Source: an uncultured Chloroflexia bacterium
GTDB taxonomy: Bacteria > Chloroflexota > Anaerolineae > CG2-30-64-16
Direction of reading: 5' to 3'
NCBI GenBank assembly: GCA_963774265.1
Contig: CAVZDU010000007.1
Coordinates: 192,001-256,000 of the forward strand
DNA length: 64,000 nucleotides
In this document: positions 60,676 through 64,000 of the stretch, one piece after another
Numbering within the stretch: the first letter of the stretch is position 1
How the letters are laid out: the number at the start of each line of letters is the position of its first letter
Position numbers and translations under genes: made by a program
The notes under the pieces: generated by a model
What the model was told of the DNA's origin: nothing
The model's input: the letters and a program-made list of their open reading frames with translations, nothing else
The model's database searches: none

Positions 60676-61833
60676 TCAGGCCAGCCGCTCCCGGAGCCAG
60701 GCAAAGGCGGCGGCCTGCATCTCTATATCGAACCTGTGTGGGCCGGGATAGAACTGGCCTGTGTAGGCTTCGGGGTGGCCCACGCCCGTGAAGTGGCCGG
60801 CCAGCCGGGCATCGGCTGCCCTCATGCCGGGTTCAGTGAAGAGGTCATCTCCCAGCAGGTACTGCACCAGTAGCGGCGACGGCGCTCGGCAGGCCGCCAG
60901 GTCGGGCCAGTCACCGTGCCGCGACCACCCGAACGGAAACAGCATCCAGGTGTGCGACGATATGTTCTGGTCGAGCAAGCCCTCATACGTGGTCATCAGC
61001 CCCACGATGGCCGCGGCCGCGATGCCATTGTGGGTGGCGTTGAGCAGCGCCGCCCGGTTCCCGCCACCGGAAAGCCCCAGGCAGCCTACCCGGTCGGGGC
61101 GCACGTCGGCCCGCGATAGAAGGTAGTTGACCGCAATCCGGTCTTCATGGCTGACGACTCCGGCCAGGTTGGTCCCCAGGACATTGCAATATTTGGATAC
61201 GGTGTGTTCGTGCAAACCCGCTGCAGCGTTGTATTCCGCGATGTCCGGCGGCGCACCCCAGGCGGGATCGCTGCCGGCCTGCAATAAAGCACGGCCCCCG
61301 GCGCGCACCTCCGCGGGCAGCGTCTCCAGCGGAAAGCGCCGGCTGCCCCACAGAAAGGCATCGGGCGCCAGGACGACGAAGCCTGCGGCTGCCGCGGCAT
61401 TGGCCCAGGCCCTGCCGCCGTAGTACTGCTCGCGGTACCGCGCCAGCACGTCCGGGGGCTTGTCAGGGCCATCCGTGATGGCTCCATCGGCTATTTTCTC
61501 CTTGCCGTAATACTTGAACGCGCCGTGGTCGTGCAAGGCTACCAGGGCGGGCAGAGGTCCCCGGGCATGGGCCGGCTTGAGGAGGTAGGCGTGCGTGCGG
61601 GGTCCGTAACTCACCGACCAGGAAAGCTCCTCGCCGGCCAGATCCCCGCGTTCCCAGCGCCGTTCCACGCGGACGTCCAGCGGCATCTCGGGCCCCCGGC
61701 AGAACCCCAGGGCCTCGCGCACCAGCGCTTGTGTCCCTGGGCCGGGCGCCGCAAGAGGATAGAGCGGACCTTGCCGCCGCGCCTCGTCTACCAGGTCACT
61801 GAAGATGCCGAGATGTGTGTAGTGCTGTGTCAT
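60676..61833 (-). CDS. Alpha/beta hydrolase (dienelactone hydrolase / carbohydrate esterase-like)
   Basis: ALHDHG, GLSGGG nucleophile elbow, DDLF, GPHRF. Confidence 0.8.
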   Translation of the reverse strand: MTQHYTHLGIFSDLVDEARRQGPLYPLAAPGPGTQALVREALGFCRGPEMPLDVRVERRWERGDLAGEELSWSVSYGPRTHAYLLKPAHARGPLPALVALHDHGAFKYYGKEKIADGAITDGPDKPPDVLARYREQYYGGRAWANAAAAAGFVVLAPDAFLWGSRRFPLETLPAEVRAGGRALLQAGSDPAWGAPPDIAEYNAAAGLHEHTVSKYCNVLGTNLAGVVSHEDRIAVNYLLSRADVRPDRVGCLGLSGGGNRAALLNATHNGIAAAAIVGLMTTYEGLLDQNISSHTWMLFPFGWSRHGDWPDLAACRAPSPLLVQYLLGDDLFTEPGMRAADARLAGHFTGVGHPEAYTGQFYPGPHRFDIEMQAAAFAWLRERLA

Positions 61834-61948
61834 GCTCTGGTCTCCGTTTCAGGTGGGGGCGGTGCGCTCTCCGATAACCTCGTTGTGGTATAATCGTGGC
61901 ATCATATATCGGCAGCTTGCCGGGGGCAAATGCCGATTGAGTTTTCCT

Positions 61949-64000
61949 ATGAGCCAACAGGGGACTGCAGGGTCGCAGGCACGACGGCCACGTATCGGCT
62001 ACATCACACCCAGGATCAGCGATCACCACGGGCTGGCGATCTGGCGCGGCATAGTCGAGACGGCACAGGCGCGCGGCGTGGATGTGCTCAGTTTTGTGGG
62101 CGGTGAGGTGCAGCACGGGGAAGATGCCGGGCGCCGAGCCAATGCGATCTACGACCTGGTTGACCTGGAGCATCTTGATGGGCTGGTGGTGTGGGGTGCA
62201 TCCCTGGGCTACCATGCCGGCCCCGACGCCACCTACGACTTCTGCCGTCGTTTCCAACCCCTGCCCCTGGTCAGCATCGGCATCGCGCTGCCCGGCATTC
62301 CCGGCGTCGTCCTGGATAGCTACGGCGGGACGCGTGCGGAGATGGCCCACCTCATCGAGGTCCACGGACGGCGCCGACTGGCGTTTATCCGGGGACCGGC
62401 GTCCCATCGTGAAGCCAGCGAGCGCTATCGATCCTACTGCGACGCGCTGGCTGTCTATGGCATCCCCTTCGACCCGGATCTCGTTTCACCACCCTATCTG
62501 TGGGTGCACGACGAACGGCGCCGAGGCCATCCGCCTGTTCCTGGATGAACGCTGCGTGCAGTTCGATGCGATCGTCGCGGCCAGCGACACCCTCGCACTG
62601 GGTGCGTTGCCGGCCCTACAGGCCCGAGGCGTCCGCGTGCCAGGCCAGGTGTCGGTCGTCGGTTTTGACGATCGGCCGGCCAGCCGCGTCCTCACACCGC
62701 CGTTGACCACCCTCAAGATCAGCATGCGGGAGCGCGGCCGCCAGGCAGTGTCCATGCTCCTGGCGCGGCTGGCGGGCGAGAGCTTGCCTGATGAAACATC
62801 GCTGCCCGCACGACTGGTCATTCGCCGGTCGTGCGGGTGTTTCGACGCCGAGGTGGTGCGCGCAGGTGACAGCTCGGGCGAATCTCCGGCCCCGGAGATT
62901 CCGAGTGCCCCAGCCATTCTGGCCGGCGAGGAAGCGATCGCCGGGGTGACACTTGCGGTGGTAGCATCCCCCGCAGTTCCGGGTATGGACCGGGAGCTGG
63001 AAGGTGTTGATTCTAGCACCCCGACGCGGGCCGCTTTTGCTCGACGCTTTGCTGTCGGAGCTGGGTGGGGGAGAGCCGGGAAGCTTTCTCGTTACGCTCG
63101 ATGACCTCTTGCGCCAGGCCGTGGATGCAGGGGGCGAGGCGTGGGCCTGGCACGGGGTGATTTCGGCGCTGCGGGAACAGATACTGCAGCGGTTGGCCGG
63201 CGAGGGTCAAAGATTGGGACATGCCGAGAGCCTCTGGCACCAGGCACGCGTGCTGATCGGTGAGTACGCCTGGCGCGCGCAGGCCGACACCAATCGACAT
63301 GCGAGCCAACAATTTGACAGGCTGCACGAAATCAGCCAGGTCGCTGGCCCTGGCCGGGGATGTTCCCGAGCTGATGGACATCCTGGCGCGGCCGAGCTGC
63401 CTGCCCTGGGCATCGGTTCCTGTGCCGTGGCCCTGTACGAGGACCGGCCATCCGGCGAAGATACGGCGCAGGAGCCCGCCGGGGCTTGCCGGTTGGTGTT
63501 AGCCTACGATGAGGATGGCCGCGCCGAGACTGCCGCCCGCTGGAGAAGCCTGGCATGCTCCTCTCCTGGCATCGGGAGGGCTGCTGGCAGGCGCTGCTTC
63601 TCCAGGCGCCGAAGGCGCCGAGATGCGGCAACACAGCGTGAACACCCTCGTCGTCGAGCCGTTGTTCTCCCGGGATGAGCAGCTGGGCTTCATCATGCTG
63701 GACGGCAGCGGCTGCGAGGGCCAGGTCTATCGGGTTCTGCAGGAACAGATCAGCAGCGCGCTGAAGAGCGTGTTGCTGTTGCAGGAGAACGTTCGTTTGT
63801 ACCATGCCGCGGCGCTGCGTGCAGAGCGCAGCGACGCTGCACAGCAGGCAGCACAGGAGAAACAACGCCTGGCCGAAGAGGCCGACCGCCTCAAGAGCCG
63901 CTTCCTGTCCATGGTCAGCCACGAGCTGCGCACGCCGCTGATCCTGCTGGAGGGGCTGAGCGAGATGATGCTGCGCGAGGGACTGGGCAGCCGGCCGCCG
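61949..64000 (+). CDS. Hybrid LacI-type sugar-binding domain + histidine kinase, frameshifted, runs off window end
   Basis: N-terminal effector domain without HTH (HLIEVHGRRRLAFIRGP, VVGFDD, PPLTT, RRSCGC); HisKA KSRFLSMVSHELRTPL at the end; TGGTATAAT -10 at 61886-94. Confidence 0.82.

Noticed and set aside
24735-64000. Numerous frameshifts as programmed frameshifting or mass pseudogenisation
   Set aside because: They are single-base indels scattered over otherwise well-conserved, coupled genes with no shared slippery motif. Long-read consensus error is the simplest explanation; polishing is needed to be certain.
1-64000. Genome-wide UGA reassignment (code 4/25), given three in-frame TGAs
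   Set aside because: Many genes end in TGA at expected C-termini, including ATGA overlaps (30236, 31253, 32509), so UGA is a normal stop.

Overview
High-GC bacterial window. Pro/Thr/Ala-rich lipoprotein linkers, many UroD-like and family-5 sugar ABC genes and a LacI-sensor/kinase hybrid suggest Chloroflexota (Anaerolineae-like); this is an inference. Many genes carry single-base frameshifts, probably long-read indel errors. Contents: a DUF362/polyferredoxin pair, housekeeping and catabolic genes, and an intact 1440-bp IS66 (ISBst12-type) with TIRs and an 8-bp TSD. There is also a LacI-IolB-ABC-UroD-like catabolic locus, an ApbE/ferric-reductase/two-component operon, a patch of internally deleted genes, a LacI-controlled xylo-oligosaccharide locus (ABC, GH8, GH3) and a GH4/esterase/sensor kinase cluster. 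Top finding: two ORF-track fragments (11769-11996 and 12003-12443, minus strand) form one MerB-like (organomercurial-lyase-fold) gene. Its in-frame UGA falls at the expected second catalytic Cys and is followed by a SECIS-like hairpin, making it a probable selenoprotein outside any mer operon. No rRNA, tRNA or CRISPR array was seen. All family assignments come from motif recognition by eye, not database searches.
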